The notes beneath the pieces are model-generated. The model was not told the origin of the DNA and made no database searches. It was given only the letters and a program-made list of their open reading frames with translations. DNA of 64,000 bases from Meyerozyma guilliermondii. Lineage: Eukaryota. The position numbers were made by a program, and so were the translations under genes. Below are positions 27,110-38,863 of this stretch, piece by piece; position 1 is the first letter of the stretch, and each line of letters opens with the position of its first letter. The DNA lies in NCBI GenBank assembly GCA_051546255.1, contig CP128821.1:806001-870000 (forward strand), written 5' to 3'.

Positions 27110-30046
27110 TTATGTGCTGGGCTCCGCACTGGGTTCTGGTTCATTCTTGAATGCAGCTTTTCCATCGAGGTACTTGTCAAAGGCATCGTTGGTTTCAGGG
27201 AACGGCCGCTTACCCAAAAGTCTGATCATATCTTCTCTGGTGATGAACTCTTTTTTGAGAAGCTCTTGTGCAACAAGTTCCACTTCCTTGGACCGCTCCT
27301 GGAGCAAGCTCTTGCAACTCTCGTAGCATTCTTTCACTATGCGCTGCACTTCCTGGTCGATGAGTTTGTTCGTCTTGTCACTAAAAGGCTTTGTCAAGTC
27401 GTCCGACGACCGTGAATCAGCATAGTTGACCATTCCTACCTTTGGAGACATACCAAAACGTAACACCATAGACTGGGCAATGTTGGTAACTTTCTTGAAA
27501 TCGTCGTGGGCTCCACTGGTCACAGAGTTAAAATGGAGCTCTTCTGAAGCTCTTCCTCCAAGCGTCATAATCATCCTGTCATATAACTGCTTTGTAGACA
27601 TCAAATACTGATCTGGTGGTAAGTATTGGGCATACCCAAGAGCACCTTGGCCCCGAGGAATGATAGAAACTTTCAAAAGTGGATGTGCGTACTTGAGGTA
27701 CCAACCACACACGGCGTGTCCTGCTTCGTGGTATGCAACGATACGCTGTTCTTCAGCACTCAAAATCTTTGATTTCTTCTCAATACCTCCAATAACTCTT
27801 TCAATAGCAAGTTCAAAGTGTCTCAACGCAACTGCCTTTGCATTGTACCTGGCACCTATTAATGCCGCTTCGTTACAAACATTCGCAATGTCAGCTCCGG
27901 AAAATCCTGGCGTCAATGCGGCAAGTCTTCCTGGTAAATCGTCATCGATGTTGTCAACCAATTTGATCTTTTTCAAATGCACTTGGAAAATCTCTTTACG
28001 GCCTTGAAGTTCAGGATTGTCGATCGCGATATGCCTGTCGAAACGACCCGGTCTCATCAACGCCTTATCCAAAATATCGGCTCTGTTGGTACCAGCAAGT
28101 ACAACAACATGATCAGTGCTATCAAAGCCATCCATCTCGACCAACAATTGATTTAATGTTGTCTCTCGCTCATCATTAGCACCACTTGCGTTACCCTTCG
28201 AACGCTGCTTTCCGATCGCATCAATTTCGTCAACAAACACAATCGATGGAGCATTTTCTCTGGCAGTTTTAAATAAGTCACGGACACGAGAAGCACCCAC
28301 ACCAACGAACATTTCGACGAATTCAGAACCGGAAACAGAATAAAATGGAACACCAGCTTCTCCTGCGGTAGCCTTAGCAATCAAAGTCTTACCTGTACCA
28401 GGAGGACCTGAAAGGATAGCACCACGAGGAATTTTGGCACCAAGCTTTTCATACTTTTCTGGGTTTTGTAAAAACTTGACAAACTCAACCACTTCTTCTT
28501 TCGCTTCGGACATACCTGCAACGTCTTTAAACCTAATCTTCACGTCAGTTTCTTGGTTAAACTTCTTTGCTGTTGATTTACCAAAGCCTAATGGTCCACC
28601 CATTCCACCAGCCGTAGCTTTCTTGGTCATATAATAAATAGCTCCCAAGAATAAAAGAGTAGGAAGGAAATTTATAACCATCTTGGTCATGTTTCCTTCG
28701 TTAGCAAACACAACCGGAACTCTCAATGGTTCCGCAATGTTGTACTCATCCTGAACTGCACGCAAACTACGCTCAAAAGACTCGATGGATCCAATATTGA
28801 AGTAGAATCTTCCTTGATGTGGGTACTGGGACTTTCCATTATCGTTCAATTCCACGTAAGCGGTTCTATTGTTAACAACAACCAACTTAGAAACAAGGTT
28901 TTTAGATAAGAATTTGGCAGAGAACTCCTGGAAAGATATCTCGTTATCGTGTTCTGCGGTCAATGTGTAGATGAAATAAGTTACAAGCCCACTCAAAAGA
29001 CCAAGCTGGAAAAGTCTCATGGGAGACGCGTTAAGGTTAATCTCAAATTCCATAGGTTTTTTCTTGTCGGAGGAAGATTTGTTCGTCCCTTTCTTAGAAT
29101 TGCTCTTCTTTTCAGTGAAAAAGAAGCCGGGTTTCTCGTCCGTCGACTTCTTCTCTGAAGAAACGTTCTTTTTTGACTTGTACAACTTGGAGAACGATTT
29201 TTGGATCTCACCCACTTGCTCACTGAAAAGCTGGTATTGAGCGTACTCGTAGGGACAAAGTGGGCAGGTATATTTCTCGTCGGTTTCTGCAAAAGGAGTA
29301 GATGAAAGCACTCCAAATACGTTGAACCAGCCTACTACCACATCTTTCTCGAGGTCCAATTCTTCGGCGATCTTTGCTGCCAACTCTTGGGGCTCGTCGG
29401 TAGGCTCCATAGAGGTGTACTTTTGTAAGAGTTTGGACACCACGGGATTACCAAACTCCACCTCGTCCAAGAAAACGATGTTATTAGCCAAAGCATAATA
29501 TAAATGGAAGTAGAGCAAAACATCATCCTTCGTAATAGGGGTTTCCTTGGGATGGTACTCTCTAAACGACAGAATGATATCCTCGATCAAAGTGTCGGGA
29601 TTGGCATTGGGAGTTCTTCCGCTAGCAAACGCTTTGCACTCGCGCAAAAACGAGTCCAACATAAAAGCGTACACAACATGATAATGGTGAACATTTTTCA
29701 CATCGAGTGGATTTTCTTCGAATCGAATCGTGGGCAAGGGAACGTCGCCTACATCCCCTAAGGAGTCCTGAGCATTTGTTACTCTTGTTTCTTGCTGCAA
29801 AAGCTCAGCACGCAACCTTAATCGCTCTATGAAGCCGGCATCGCGGTATTTGTCCTTTAACTCTTTCATTTTTCTGATTTCTTTGTTGACTCGATCTTCT
29901 TTGGATTCATGTTTGTGGTCTTTTTTTACTGGATTTTGAACATGAAATGCTCTTTTTAAGCCCGCTACCGTTTCTTTAACTAGAACTCTCCTCGTGTTTA
30001 GCCCGAGGGGCCTAGAAACCACCTGGGGGCGGAATGCAAGTAACAT
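27110..30046 (-). CDS. YTA12: Mitochondrial m-AAA protease subunit Yta12 (978 aa, extended N-terminus)
   Basis: Walker [21 protein letters not shown]; Yta12-type [38 protein letters not shown]; start MLLAFRPQ. Confidence 0.88.
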   Translation of the reverse strand: MLLAFRPQVVSRPLGLNTRRVLVKETVAGLKRAFHVQNPVKKDHKHESKEDRVNKEIRKMKELKDKYRDAGFIERLRLRAELLQQETRVTNAQDSLGDVGDVPLPTIRFEENPLDVKNVHHYHVVYAFMLDSFLRECKAFASGRTPNANPDTLIEDIILSFREYHPKETPITKDDVLLYFHLYYALANNIVFLDEVEFGNPVVSKLLQKYTSMEPTDEPQELAAKIAEELDLEKDVVVGWFNVFGVLSSTPFAETDEKYTCPLCPYEYAQYQLFSEQVGEIQKSFSKLYKSKKNVSSEKKSTDEKPGFFFTEKKSNSKKGTNKSSSDKKKPMEFEINLNASPMRLFQLGLLSGLVTYFIYTLTAEHDNEISFQEFSAKFLSKNLVSKLVVVNNRTAYVELNDNGKSQYPHQGRFYFNIGSIESFERSLRAVQDEYNIAEPLRVPVVFANEGNMTKMVINFLPTLLFLGAIYYMTKKATAGGMGGPLGFGKSTAKKFNQETDVKIRFKDVAGMSEAKEEVVEFVKFLQNPEKYEKLGAKIPRGAILSGPPGTGKTLIAKATAGEAGVPFYSVSGSEFVEMFVGVGASRVRDLFKTARENAPSIVFVDEIDAIGKQRSKGNASGANDERETTLNQLLVEMDGFDSTDHVVVLAGTNRADILDKALMRPGRFDRHIAIDNPELQGRKEIFQVHLKKIKLVDNIDDDLPGRLAALTPGFSGADIANVCNEAALIGARYNAKAVALRHFELAIERVIGGIEKKSKILSAEEQRIVAYHEAGHAVCGWYLKYAHPLLKVSIIPRGQGALGYAQYLPPDQYLMSTKQLYDRMIMTLGGRASEELHFNSVTSGAHDDFKKVTNIAQSMVLRFGMSPKVGMVNYADSRSSDDLTKPFSDKTNKLIDQEVQRIVKECYESCKSLLQERSKEVELVAQELLKKEFITREDMIRLLGKRPFPETNDAFDKYLDGKAAFKNEPEPSAEPST

Positions 30047-30217
30047 GGAGAATACCAGTTTGTGCGACTTCGATGGCGTTGACCATGGGCGTATGCAGGA
30101 TGCGGGAGACTGAAGAGTGCGAGTAAAATCCAAGTGCGAAAGAGTTGATTTCAATTTAACATGTCATAATTTGTTACATTGTTTATTTGTTACATTTGTT
30201 CATTTGTTTATGTAGGT

Positions 30218-31144
30218 TCAGTTGCTGGAGATTCTAAAGTGAGAAGTAACTGGTCTGTGGTCACTGAACCGGAAGTCCAGGTAGTTGTTGGACAACACTT
30301 CGTAGCCCACCACCTCTACGCCAGACTTGGGTTTGTTACTATTGGATGGAGCCCAGATAAAATCGATCACTGACTGGTGGTCACCGTACTCGAATCCGGT
30401 GTATGTGGTTTCGTTTCCAGTTTCGTGGATGTTGGCGATGACATTAGTGTCTGCCATGTAGTCCGCGACAGTCTCGTAGGCAATGTCGGAAGCAATTGAG
30501 TTGAAGTCACCCAGCAAAAATTGTGGATAATCGTTGGGAATCAGTTGTAGCCAGCCAACGATCAACTTGGTAGACTCTTGTCTTGATTGCTCACTTTTAT
30601 TGTCCAAATGAGTATTGAAGTAATTGACTTTGGTGCCGGTCTGCTTATTTCTGAAAGTAGTCATGGTGACAATTCTTCTACTTCCAGCATCCCAGCCGTA
30701 ACTGGGGACATCTGGGGTAGGACTGAGCCATTTATAGGTACCATTGAGCAAATCCCACTCGAGAGTATTGTAAAGAATGGCAGAATACTCACCTTTTTCC
30801 ACACCATCGTCTCTACCAACACCATAATGAGCCCAAGGAAATTCAGTCTGGTTCTGGCCATTGAGTCCCGCCAAAACGTCCACAAGCTGGTTGTGCTTGA
30901 GTTCTTGAAGTCCTACCAACGTAGGAAAATCGTGGATTCTGGAATTGAGTGCCTCGATCACACCGTACTTTCTTTCGTCCCATGGTCTTTCATCGGGGAA
31001 CCGTTTTTCGGTGTACTCTCTAACATTGTTGGAGTAGATTCTAAACGCCAAATCGGTGTCTCTGGTCTCCAAATCGGACCATTGAACAGGTTGGGCGGCC
31101 ACAGCGGAAACAAGTAAGAGAATTTGAGCAAACAGGAACTTCAT
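30218..31144 (-). CDS. Secreted endonuclease/exonuclease/phosphatase (EEP) family protein
   Basis: Signal peptide; SNNVR, GLQE, GVGRDDG, NTHLD, GDFN, IDFI, SDHRPV motifs. Confidence 0.88.
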   Translation of the reverse strand: MKFLFAQILLLVSAVAAQPVQWSDLETRDTDLAFRIYSNNVREYTEKRFPDERPWDERKYGVIEALNSRIHDFPTLVGLQELKHNQLVDVLAGLNGQNQTEFPWAHYGVGRDDGVEKGEYSAILYNTLEWDLLNGTYKWLSPTPDVPSYGWDAGSRRIVTMTTFRNKQTGTKVNYFNTHLDNKSEQSRQESTKLIVGWLQLIPNDYPQFLLGDFNSIASDIAYETVADYMADTNVIANIHETGNETTYTGFEYGDHQSVIDFIWAPSNSNKPKSGVEVVGYEVLSNNYLDFRFSDHRPVTSHFRISSN

Positions 31145-31192
31145 TTGATGTCTGTCAAAATGGCACTTTGGATTCTTTTATGTTGCAAGAGA

Positions 31193-31361
31193 AACGTGGT
31201 GACGTCTTTGTTCTTCCCACATGGTACTAGGTGAAGAGTGTGTCTACGTATGAGAAAGACGTAATTGACAACATGTGCTCTCGGTAAAGGGGGACTTTGG
31301 TTCTGCGGAACAAATGGCTGCAAACCTTGCAGCTAAACGTGCGGCACAAATATGCACGTGG
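31193..31361. promoter_or_regulatory. Pho4-type E-boxes upstream of the EEP gene
   Basis: AACGTG (=CACGTT) at 31193 and 31336; GCACGTGG at 31354-31361. Confidence 0.55.
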
Positions 31362-32262
31362 CTATCAAGCAGGTGAACCAAAATGACAGGTGCACCAAAT
31401 CGGTAGCAGGGGGATCAATCTGTGACAATAGTGGCTTTGGTTATGGGGACAACGTAAAATGGAGTTGCTTGGAGAAGGGAGGTATTTCAAAATTGTAAAT
31501 TGACTTTCAGAATTGTCAATTGACTTCAAAATCGTAATTGTCAAGACGGACTATAGTAGAAAGAGTAATTGTAGAAAGCGTATTAACTTGTCCGTAATGT
31601 TATTGCATGTGGCACCGTGGCATGTTGACTTATTTGCTAAATCATTGTGGGGTGCATCTAACTGCATCGTGGTGCATAATCTTGCCGGTCGCACCTGTCA
31701 AGTTCACATGAAATGATTACCCGTCCTATTTCTGTACTATTCGGCGCAACGGCTAATTCTCTGGCTATCTCGAGCCCGGGACGCAGATACGCAGTGTTAT
31801 ACAAAACATGTCAACTGAAATTGGAATGGTAATTAGCAAAGAAATTGCAGCCATTGTTTCAAACCGTATTTTACCGCAAGAGTCGCTAGATCCGCCGTTA
31901 TGAGCAATTGAGCTGATTGAGCTAATTAGGTTGTGATATGACGTTTGGCACTTTGAATCAATTTCCGCCACAATAGTATGGATGTGCGATTCTTAAAGTA
32001 ATTGCGGCCATGGTTTGAGACGGTGAAGATGATCAAAAAAAAAGAAGAAAGTTGTTTCTAAATCTGTTCATTCGGCGTCCTATCATCACTTCCCTTCACT
32101 TAACTTGTTTCCATATTAATCAACCATTACTTCCATACTTCCTACTTCTATTTTTATCGGCTCATCGCCGTGGATCAGACCCATACACCCACGTTGCGGC
32201 TTAGTTCGGCTGTTGATTGTAGCCGAGCCTCCTCTGTGATGCTTTGCAATTGAACAATAAAC

Positions 32263-34386
32263 ATGTCCAAAAAGCCCGATTTTCCAATGCCAGACGACGA
32301 GCTGGTCCCTATAAAGAGTCTGCCAGAGCCCCAGACTCCAGACACCATTGGTGCTGCTGATGAGATCGAAACTGATCTGGCCGATGATCTTGATGATAAC
32401 ATTGTTACCCCATTGGAAAGTGTAATTTTCTCTCCCGATGAAAGCGAAGATACAAATTACGTGGAAGTGCCAGTACGAACCCGTCCAGAGGTGTCTCGAC
32501 ACTTATCGAAAAATGATGCCCAATCGATTGTAGGTGGTGAGTCGATGGATGAGATGTACCATAGTGAGACATCGCTTGTAGATGTAGACAGAGATGCTGA
32601 TAACACCGATAAGAACGATTTGATGAAAAACGACCTGTCATATTCCCAGTCTGAACGGGTTTTTTCTTTTGCATTGCCATTCGGAGGTCTTGCCAATATA
32701 AGGTCCAACATATCCAAGCATCTCTCGTCATTCAAACGCGATGCCCATCTTCCCAGTTTTTCGTTCAATCTCAACAGCCACGAGCTGCCTACGCCCGACT
32801 ACGACTTGGCGAGATTGCATTCGCTAGATACTTTGGCTGAAGCGGAGTATTTCCACAACCAAAAAGGCACAGAAAACGTTCGGTTTCGGGCAGTTAAACA
32901 CTCAATTGCCACAAATATAAATGAATTTTTGCCTTTCAACAGGAAACCCAAGGCGTGGGAGTCGATATACAACGAAATCGAGGGCAACATTGTCATTCTT
33001 GGTGGATATCGAGGCTCTATTCTTCGTGATGCAAGAACTCGAAAACGTGTATGGATTCCTATAAAAGCAGGATTTAATCTTCGAAGGATAAACCTCCTCC
33101 TTGGACCATCAGAGGACGATGAGCTCAAGGCTACCGACCTTATCTACCCAGATGGGATCTTGAAAAATATCGGACCCATCGATATATGCAAAAAATTCAT
33201 AAAAAAATTGCAAGCAAACCCGAAAACTAATGTCAAAGAATTCAGCTACGACTGGCGCTTGAGCGGACAAACGGTATCTGCCCAGCTAGAACGCTTTTTA
33301 AAGGTGATAAAGAAGAAAACAGGCCAACCTACCATAGTCGTGGCTCACTCCATGGGTGGATTAATGACTCACGGCGTGGTCCAGCGAAATCCTGAGCTTT
33401 TCCGTGCAATCATATACGTGGGAAGTCCTTCTGAATGCTTGAATATCTTGGGTCCCATACGTTTTGGCGACTCGGTCCTTTTGTCGGACAAAATACTCAC
33501 TTTCGAGACCAACTTTATGATGCGTTCGAGTTTCTTATTTCTTCCATTATCCGGTCGAGTTTTCACTGACAAAAAGACTGGAGTTCATTACGACCTAGAC
33601 TACTTTGACCCCAAAACGTGGGTCGAGTATAACTTGAATCCGCTTGTGTCTTCAAAACGTGTAATTGAAGAAACTTTAGGTTCTTCGCTGCCGCAACAAT
33701 CTTCGCAATTGTCCATCAACTCTATCGGAAGCATAATCAAAAACTACAGAACAAGATCCTTGAGGCGGTCCAAGTCGCCTATTTCAGAAAAACTGATACA
33801 AACATCTACTTTAACTGGAGAAACCTTGCGTTCGGCAACGGAGTCTCCTGATAACCTGCAACCAGATGAAGAACACATGACATACTCGTTCCTGTTTGCT
33901 GAAGCATATGATTACTTGGCGAGAACTCTCAAGCAGGCAAAGGAGTACCTTCTTGGATTGGAATACAACTCCGAACTAGAGCCAAGGTATCCGCCCATGG
34001 CAGTGGTATATGGAAACAAAGTTCCTTCTGTGCGTCGGTCCATCGTTGAGGGAATCCAGGATATAAAAGACGGCAAGTACTATGAGTTTTATTATGGGCA
34101 TGGCGATGGGGTTGTTCATCAAAATTTCTTGATGCCGGAGGGTAAGAACTTTCGCAAGTTTGATCCTAATACAGGCGAGGGTCAGATTGTGGGTAAGTTT
34201 TCGCTGGATTGTGGCCATGTGAGTTTGATGACTGATTTTAGAGCCATGGGAGAAGCTTTGCGAGCAGTGGTGGATGCAGAGATGATATGGCCCAAGGTGA
34301 AGAGCCAAGACAAGATAAAATCTAGAAAGAAAGAATCCAGCGAGATGAATTTGCAAGATAGATCCAGCAGCGAGATAACGCTGTAA
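32263..34386 (+). CDS. YJR098C-like alpha/beta hydrolase (LCAT/phospholipase-like)
   Basis: LGGYRGSILR, FSYDWRLS, AHSMGG nucleophile elbow, GDGVV, GHVSL; convergent with JJJ3 as in S. cerevisiae. Confidence 0.82.
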   Translation: MSKKPDFPMPDDELVPIKSLPEPQTPDTIGAADEIETDLADDLDDNIVTPLESVIFSPDESEDTNYVEVPVRTRPEVSRHLSKNDAQSIVGGESMDEMYHSETSLVDVDRDADNTDKNDLMKNDLSYSQSERVFSFALPFGGLANIRSNISKHLSSFKRDAHLPSFSFNLNSHELPTPDYDLARLHSLDTLAEAEYFHNQKGTENVRFRAVKHSIATNINEFLPFNRKPKAWESIYNEIEGNIVILGGYRGSILRDARTRKRVWIPIKAGFNLRRINLLLGPSEDDELKATDLIYPDGILKNIGPIDICKKFIKKLQANPKTNVKEFSYDWRLSGQTVSAQLERFLKVIKKKTGQPTIVVAHSMGGLMTHGVVQRNPELFRAIIYVGSPSECLNILGPIRFGDSVLLSDKILTFETNFMMRSSFLFLPLSGRVFTDKKTGVHYDLDYFDPKTWVEYNLNPLVSSKRVIEETLGSSLPQQSSQLSINSIGSIIKNYRTRSLRRSKSPISEKLIQTSTLTGETLRSATESPDNLQPDEEHMTYSFLFAEAYDYLARTLKQAKEYLLGLEYNSELEPRYPPMAVVYGNKVPSVRRSIVEGIQDIKDGKYYEFYYGHGDGVVHQNFLMPEGKNFRKFDPNTGEGQIVGKFSLDCGHVSLMTDFRAMGEALRAVVDAEMIWPKVKSQDKIKSRKKESSEMNLQDRSSSEITL

Positions 34387-34427
34387 TACTAGCACAAATA
34401 GCTGTCAGCTGTAAATAGTAATATGCA

Positions 34428-34958
34428 TTATGAATTATCTTCACTTTCACCTTCGTAGTAGTTGACAATTAGCCAAAGACTGCAGCTGTCACATTGGACA
34501 ATAAGATTATATCCTCCTGTTCCGTCGGCGGTTCCGTGTTCGAGATCTGCTTCGGAAACCTGAATTGATTTGGGAAATTGGCATCTTGGACAATTTTTGT
34601 AGTATTTTAGTTCTTCTTCATTCAATTCGAATTCATCCAAAGAATAACTATCGAGCCCTTCTCCACTAATATTGAAGCCTGCACGCTGAACCGACTTCAG
34701 AAGGGACTCGTCGTACTTTTTTCGCAGGACTTCATCAGTGAGTACCTTGAATGCAACTTGAATTGAATTTATATCGTCTTTTGATGTAGTTCTAGTAGAA
34801 TTATTTGCAACTACTTTTCCATTTATTTTGTCTGGGTGTGTAGAAAGAAGTTTCTCTCGGTATGCTTTTTTGATTTCCTGGATGCTGGCATCTTTTTCTA
34901 CTCCCAAAACTTCATAGAAGCTCCTTGCTAGGCGATCCGCCTCTTCTATATATGACAT
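34428..34958 (-). CDS. JJJ3: Diphthamide biosynthesis J-protein Dph4/Jjj3
   Basis: J-domain with HPDK; CPRC...CDSCSLW CSL zinc finger; start MSYIEEA. Confidence 0.9.
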   Translation of the reverse strand: MSYIEEADRLARSFYEVLGVEKDASIQEIKKAYREKLLSTHPDKINGKVVANNSTRTTSKDDINSIQVAFKVLTDEVLRKKYDESLLKSVQRAGFNISGEGLDSYSLDEFELNEEELKYYKNCPRCQFPKSIQVSEADLEHGTADGTGGYNLIVQCDSCSLWLIVNYYEGESEDNS

Positions 34959-35178
34959 ATAGCTGGAAAATGAACGGGTTCCGTATATATGACATCCATA
35001 CACCAAACTCGGAAGAGTCTTAAATGAAAGAAAACGCAATGAAAAGATGGCAATGAAGAAAACAGGCCTTATTAGCATTTGGTGGCTTGAGATTTGGGCA
35101 TTATTCATTCATTTACTGGCTCTTGAGTTCGTTCAGTGGATTCCCAAATATTTTGCACCCAGTACACCGGCATTTTGA

Positions 35179-35187
35179 GCTCATCGC
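35179..35187. promoter_or_regulatory. PAC element GCTCATCGC in the JJJ3/RPA49 divergent promoter
   Basis: Exact ribosome-biogenesis motif about 35 bp upstream of RPA49. Confidence 0.75.
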
Positions 35188-35221
35188 GAAAATCAAACCC
35201 ATCGTACAAACCCAGAATTCC

Positions 35222-36454
35222 ATGTCGAAGCGCAGTGCTCCTGTAACCGAGCTTCGAGTAGAGTCGTTGCTGAAGGAGCCCAGTGCGGTTGTGGGTTCCT
35301 TTTTCAATGGTTTATCGATTCCAAATAACGCCAAATTCGATTTGTACAAGCACAAACGGTCTGACGAATACGCTATTCATGGTGAAACAGACACCTTAGA
35401 CTATAACGGAGAGTCTGAGGGAGGATCCAGAATGAACGATTACATAGTGGGACTCTATGACCCCGTGAAAAAGAACGTCCAGTTGTATAGAGCGCCATTG
35501 GTTGTGGGAAGAGTAACTGCTCGCTCAAAGAGATCATACAAAGGACCTCGAATTAAGCTGGTAGGCACCAAGAATGTCCAACAAAGGAATGCCTTGGGTG
35601 AAGCATTCGGTACCAAAAAGGCCAAGGCTGCCATCACCAACTATGAAAAGAACAAAATCGACGCTGATAAACTTCAAGATGTGGAGATGGATATTATTGA
35701 AAACGTCAAAGAAAGTACACAGACTCTTCCCACTCACGAGGAGATCCAACAGGCTTCCGTGGAGGAGCGTCCTACCCCAAAGGCAAATGTGGAAGCAACT
35801 TCCGTGGAAGATATTTATCCTATCAGTGGTATTATAACCGACCGAGAAATGGCTTTGATTCGGGTCAATGGGGTCTTGGAAGAAGAGGACATTGGACGTC
35901 GGTTGGAGAGCTTGCCATATGCAAAGTCTACCTATGTCAACGACCGCTTGGCCAAGTATATTGCTTCCAATGATATTGAGAAGCTCCAGCTCTTATACTA
36001 TGCTTCTTTGCTCTTTGGAGTGCATGAAAACCGCAGGGTCAAAGATAAAGAGACGCTTATGACCAGATTACTCAACCGAGTGCCCGAGGGACTCGTAGAC
36101 GGAATTTTGGCCAAATTCACCATTGCTAGGTCGTCGCAATTTGGTAAGTCAAAAGACAGATCTTTCATGATCGACCCTGCTCACGAAGACAAATTGTTGT
36201 GTTACCTTTTGGCGTTGATTCTTCACATAGACAGCTTCATGGTGGATCTCACGCCATTGGCTCACGAATTGAACTTGAAACCAACGAAGCTTTCCAGTCT
36301 TTTCAAAGCGTTGGGTGCAACCATCAAGGCACCTTCGGTCGCCCAGGCCCAAGCACTCAACATATCCAAGAGCGCTGCTGCCAGCCACAAAATAGCCACT
36401 TTGAAAGTGCCGTTCAAGCTCCCGGAGATGGTTCGGAGAGGCAAAAGACGCTAG
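35222..36454 (+). CDS. RPA49: RNA polymerase I subunit A49
   Basis: VGSFFNG, YIVGLYDP, RNALGEAFGTKKAKAAI, IATLKVPFKLPEM. Confidence 0.93.
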   Translation: MSKRSAPVTELRVESLLKEPSAVVGSFFNGLSIPNNAKFDLYKHKRSDEYAIHGETDTLDYNGESEGGSRMNDYIVGLYDPVKKNVQLYRAPLVVGRVTARSKRSYKGPRIKLVGTKNVQQRNALGEAFGTKKAKAAITNYEKNKIDADKLQDVEMDIIENVKESTQTLPTHEEIQQASVEERPTPKANVEATSVEDIYPISGIITDREMALIRVNGVLEEEDIGRRLESLPYAKSTYVNDRLAKYIASNDIEKLQLLYYASLLFGVHENRRVKDKETLMTRLLNRVPEGLVDGILAKFTIARSSQFGKSKDRSFMIDPAHEDKLLCYLLALILHIDSFMVDLTPLAHELNLKPTKLSSLFKALGATIKAPSVAQAQALNISKSAAASHKIATLKVPFKLPEMVRRGKRR

Positions 36455-36563
36455 TGAATAGTATAAGTACAATGCATTACATGTGAGATGCAGGACCCGC
36501 ATCACCAAAAATCAATTAACGAGATTAATCTTTCTGTTCTTTCTGTTCTTTTAGTTCTTTACT

Positions 36564-37310
36564 ATGTCTGACGCCAGGGACCTTGAACGGGCGTTGACTA
36601 GTCTTGCAGAGTGTGAGCAGGAAATGGATGTGGCGGAAAGAGACGCAGAGATTTATCGCATCAAAAATACCCAAAAGATATATACCAAGAGAAGTGAGAT
36701 TATCAAGAAAATTCCAAATTTTTGGTACATTGTGCTTGCTGAAAACGAGGATTTTGCCGAGTACATTCGAATCGAGGACCTCAAATACCTCGAGGCATTG
36801 AGCAACATTCATGTAGAGTACGATATCAACGGTGCCAAACCACGCAATTTCACGTTGACTATAACATTTGAAACCGAAAATCAAGATACAATTAAGAACC
36901 AAACTATTCAAAAACACTTTGAAATTTTCAATGAAGATGGCGAAGAAAAGCTTGTATCAGAAGCTGTGGAGGTGGAATGGCCCGCAAGCTTGGACAGTAT
37001 CAACCCTCACAAGATCAAAACTGCCCATGGCGCAAACATGTCCCTGGACCAGAAAAAGTTGTATAGGCAAGGAATGAAGTCGTTCTTTGCATTTTTCGCT
37101 TGGACGGGCAAAAAACCAGGCAAAGAATTCCGAAACGGTGAAGAATTGGCTCGGCTTATTGTGGACGATGTCTATCCATATGCCGTCAAATACTACACAG
37201 AAGCGCTTCGAGGAGACGATGACGATGAATTCACATCCGAGGGAGAAGAATTGGATATCAGCGATTCCGACTCCGACGAACCTTCCAAGAAAAAAACCAA
37301 AACTACATAG
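36564..37310 (+). CDS. VPS75: NAP-family histone chaperone Vps75
   Basis: IPNFWYIVL, YRQGMKSFFAFFAWTG-KPGKEF-NG, acidic tail and KKKTK NLS; near RPA49 as in S. cerevisiae. Confidence 0.9.
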   Translation: MSDARDLERALTSLAECEQEMDVAERDAEIYRIKNTQKIYTKRSEIIKKIPNFWYIVLAENEDFAEYIRIEDLKYLEALSNIHVEYDINGAKPRNFTLTITFETENQDTIKNQTIQKHFEIFNEDGEEKLVSEAVEVEWPASLDSINPHKIKTAHGANMSLDQKKLYRQGMKSFFAFFAWTGKKPGKEFRNGEELARLIVDDVYPYAVKYYTEALRGDDDDEFTSEGEELDISDSDSDEPSKKKTKTT

Positions 37311-37384
37311 CCGTCACCTTGTCTATAGCGGGTGCATTGATGTCCAACCATGTCTTTTCTGGTGCGATTTTGTAGTTTGTGATC

Positions 37385-38863
37385 ATGTGGAAAGCGGTCA
37401 GAACCTTGACCTCTCGAGCCACCACCTCGCAACCTCGTCTTCGTGACGTGGTTATTATTGGAGGAGGACCCGCCGGGCTTTCACTTTTGGCTGCCTTGAA
37501 GTCATCTAGAGTCACAAGAGATTTACAATGTACATTGGTCGAAGGAGGAAGTCTTGCTTCTGTTCAAAATTTCGCTTCGAATCCTCCAGAAGAGTACACA
37601 AACAGAGTGGTGTCGCTCACTCCAAAGACAATTGAGTTTATGCAAGAAAAAATAGGCAATTGGGCGTATATCAATGAGGAAAGAGTCAAGGTGTATGACA
37701 GTATAGTAGCCTACGATTCGCAAGATAGTGACTCTCGGATATCCTTTGATGCTTCTGCAATTGGTACCGGGACCCTCGCTGCCATGTGTGAGAATATCAA
37801 CATCCAGGCATCTCTCTGGGAAAGAATTCAGGAATTGAATATGACTAGTGATGTTCCTGCTGAGATCATGGACAATGTCAAAGTTGAAAAAATCCAGTCG
37901 CCTGTAGAATTCAGTGCTTCTGAGGCGTTGGATGAACTGCCCGACTTGTTGGAAGTCGATCCTACTGACGGCATGAGTGAACTCGACTGGCCCATAATAC
38001 ATCTCTCCAATGGTGAAAGTCTTCAAGCTCGTTTGCTCGTTGGTGCCGACGGCTATAACTCTCCGGCCCGCAAGTTTGCTGGTATCCAGTCGCGTGGGTG
38101 GATGTACGACCGATTTGGAGTAGTTGCTACTATCAAACTTTGCTACGAAGATTACCGCTCGATCGGCTGGCAGCGATTTTTGACCACTGGACCATTGGCG
38201 ATTCTTCCTCTTCGCGACGATAATGCCACTATTGTGTGGTCTTCCACCCCAGAACTCTCGCAATTGTTACTCAAAGTTGACCCAGAAATCTTCCCTCATC
38301 TTGTGAACGCTGCGATGACTTTGGAGGAAGTTGATCTCAATTATATCTACAAGCTACTTGAAGTGGATCCGAGCGACAAGTCTGTTTTGGGCGAAATTGA
38401 ATGGAGATTATCCAAAATTAAGCTTCTGGAATTAGACAGCAAGTACCCTCTTCCAGTACGTGAACTAGTAGAGGGATCCAGAGCCCGGTTTCCGCTCAAA
38501 ATGTCCCACGCTGATACCTATGTAGCTCCACGAGTTGCACTCATAGGAGATGCCGCCCACACTATACACCCACTTGCCGGACAGGGACTCAATATGGGCC
38601 AGACAGATGTGGCTCATCTCATGGCGGCCTTGGAAAAGGGTGCAAAACGAGGTATGGACGTCGGTTCCACATTAGTACTTGAAGAATACTATGCGAATGC
38701 CTGGCCGGGGAACCATGTTCTTTTGGGTGTTTGTGACAAACTCCACAAGATTTTTTCTACCGATTTCACTCCGTTGGTGTATTTGAGAGGTTTTGGTATG
38801 AAGACTCTCAATTCATTGGGTGTGGTTAAAGATTTGATGATAAAGCTGGTTAGCGGTAATTAA
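37385..38863 (+). CDS. COQ6: Ubiquinone biosynthesis FAD monooxygenase
   Basis: DVVIIGGGPAG, LLVGADG, WQRFLTTGP, GDAAHTIHPLAGQGLNMG; presequence. Confidence 0.93.
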   Translation: MWKAVRTLTSRATTSQPRLRDVVIIGGGPAGLSLLAALKSSRVTRDLQCTLVEGGSLASVQNFASNPPEEYTNRVVSLTPKTIEFMQEKIGNWAYINEERVKVYDSIVAYDSQDSDSRISFDASAIGTGTLAAMCENINIQASLWERIQELNMTSDVPAEIMDNVKVEKIQSPVEFSASEALDELPDLLEVDPTDGMSELDWPIIHLSNGESLQARLLVGADGYNSPARKFAGIQSRGWMYDRFGVVATIKLCYEDYRSIGWQRFLTTGPLAILPLRDDNATIVWSSTPELSQLLLKVDPEIFPHLVNAAMTLEEVDLNYIYKLLEVDPSDKSVLGEIEWRLSKIKLLELDSKYPLPVRELVEGSRARFPLKMSHADTYVAPRVALIGDAAHTIHPLAGQGLNMGQTDVAHLMAALEKGAKRGMDVGSTLVLEEYYANAWPGNHVLLGVCDKLHKIFSTDFTPLVYLRGFGMKTLNSLGVVKDLMIKLVSGN

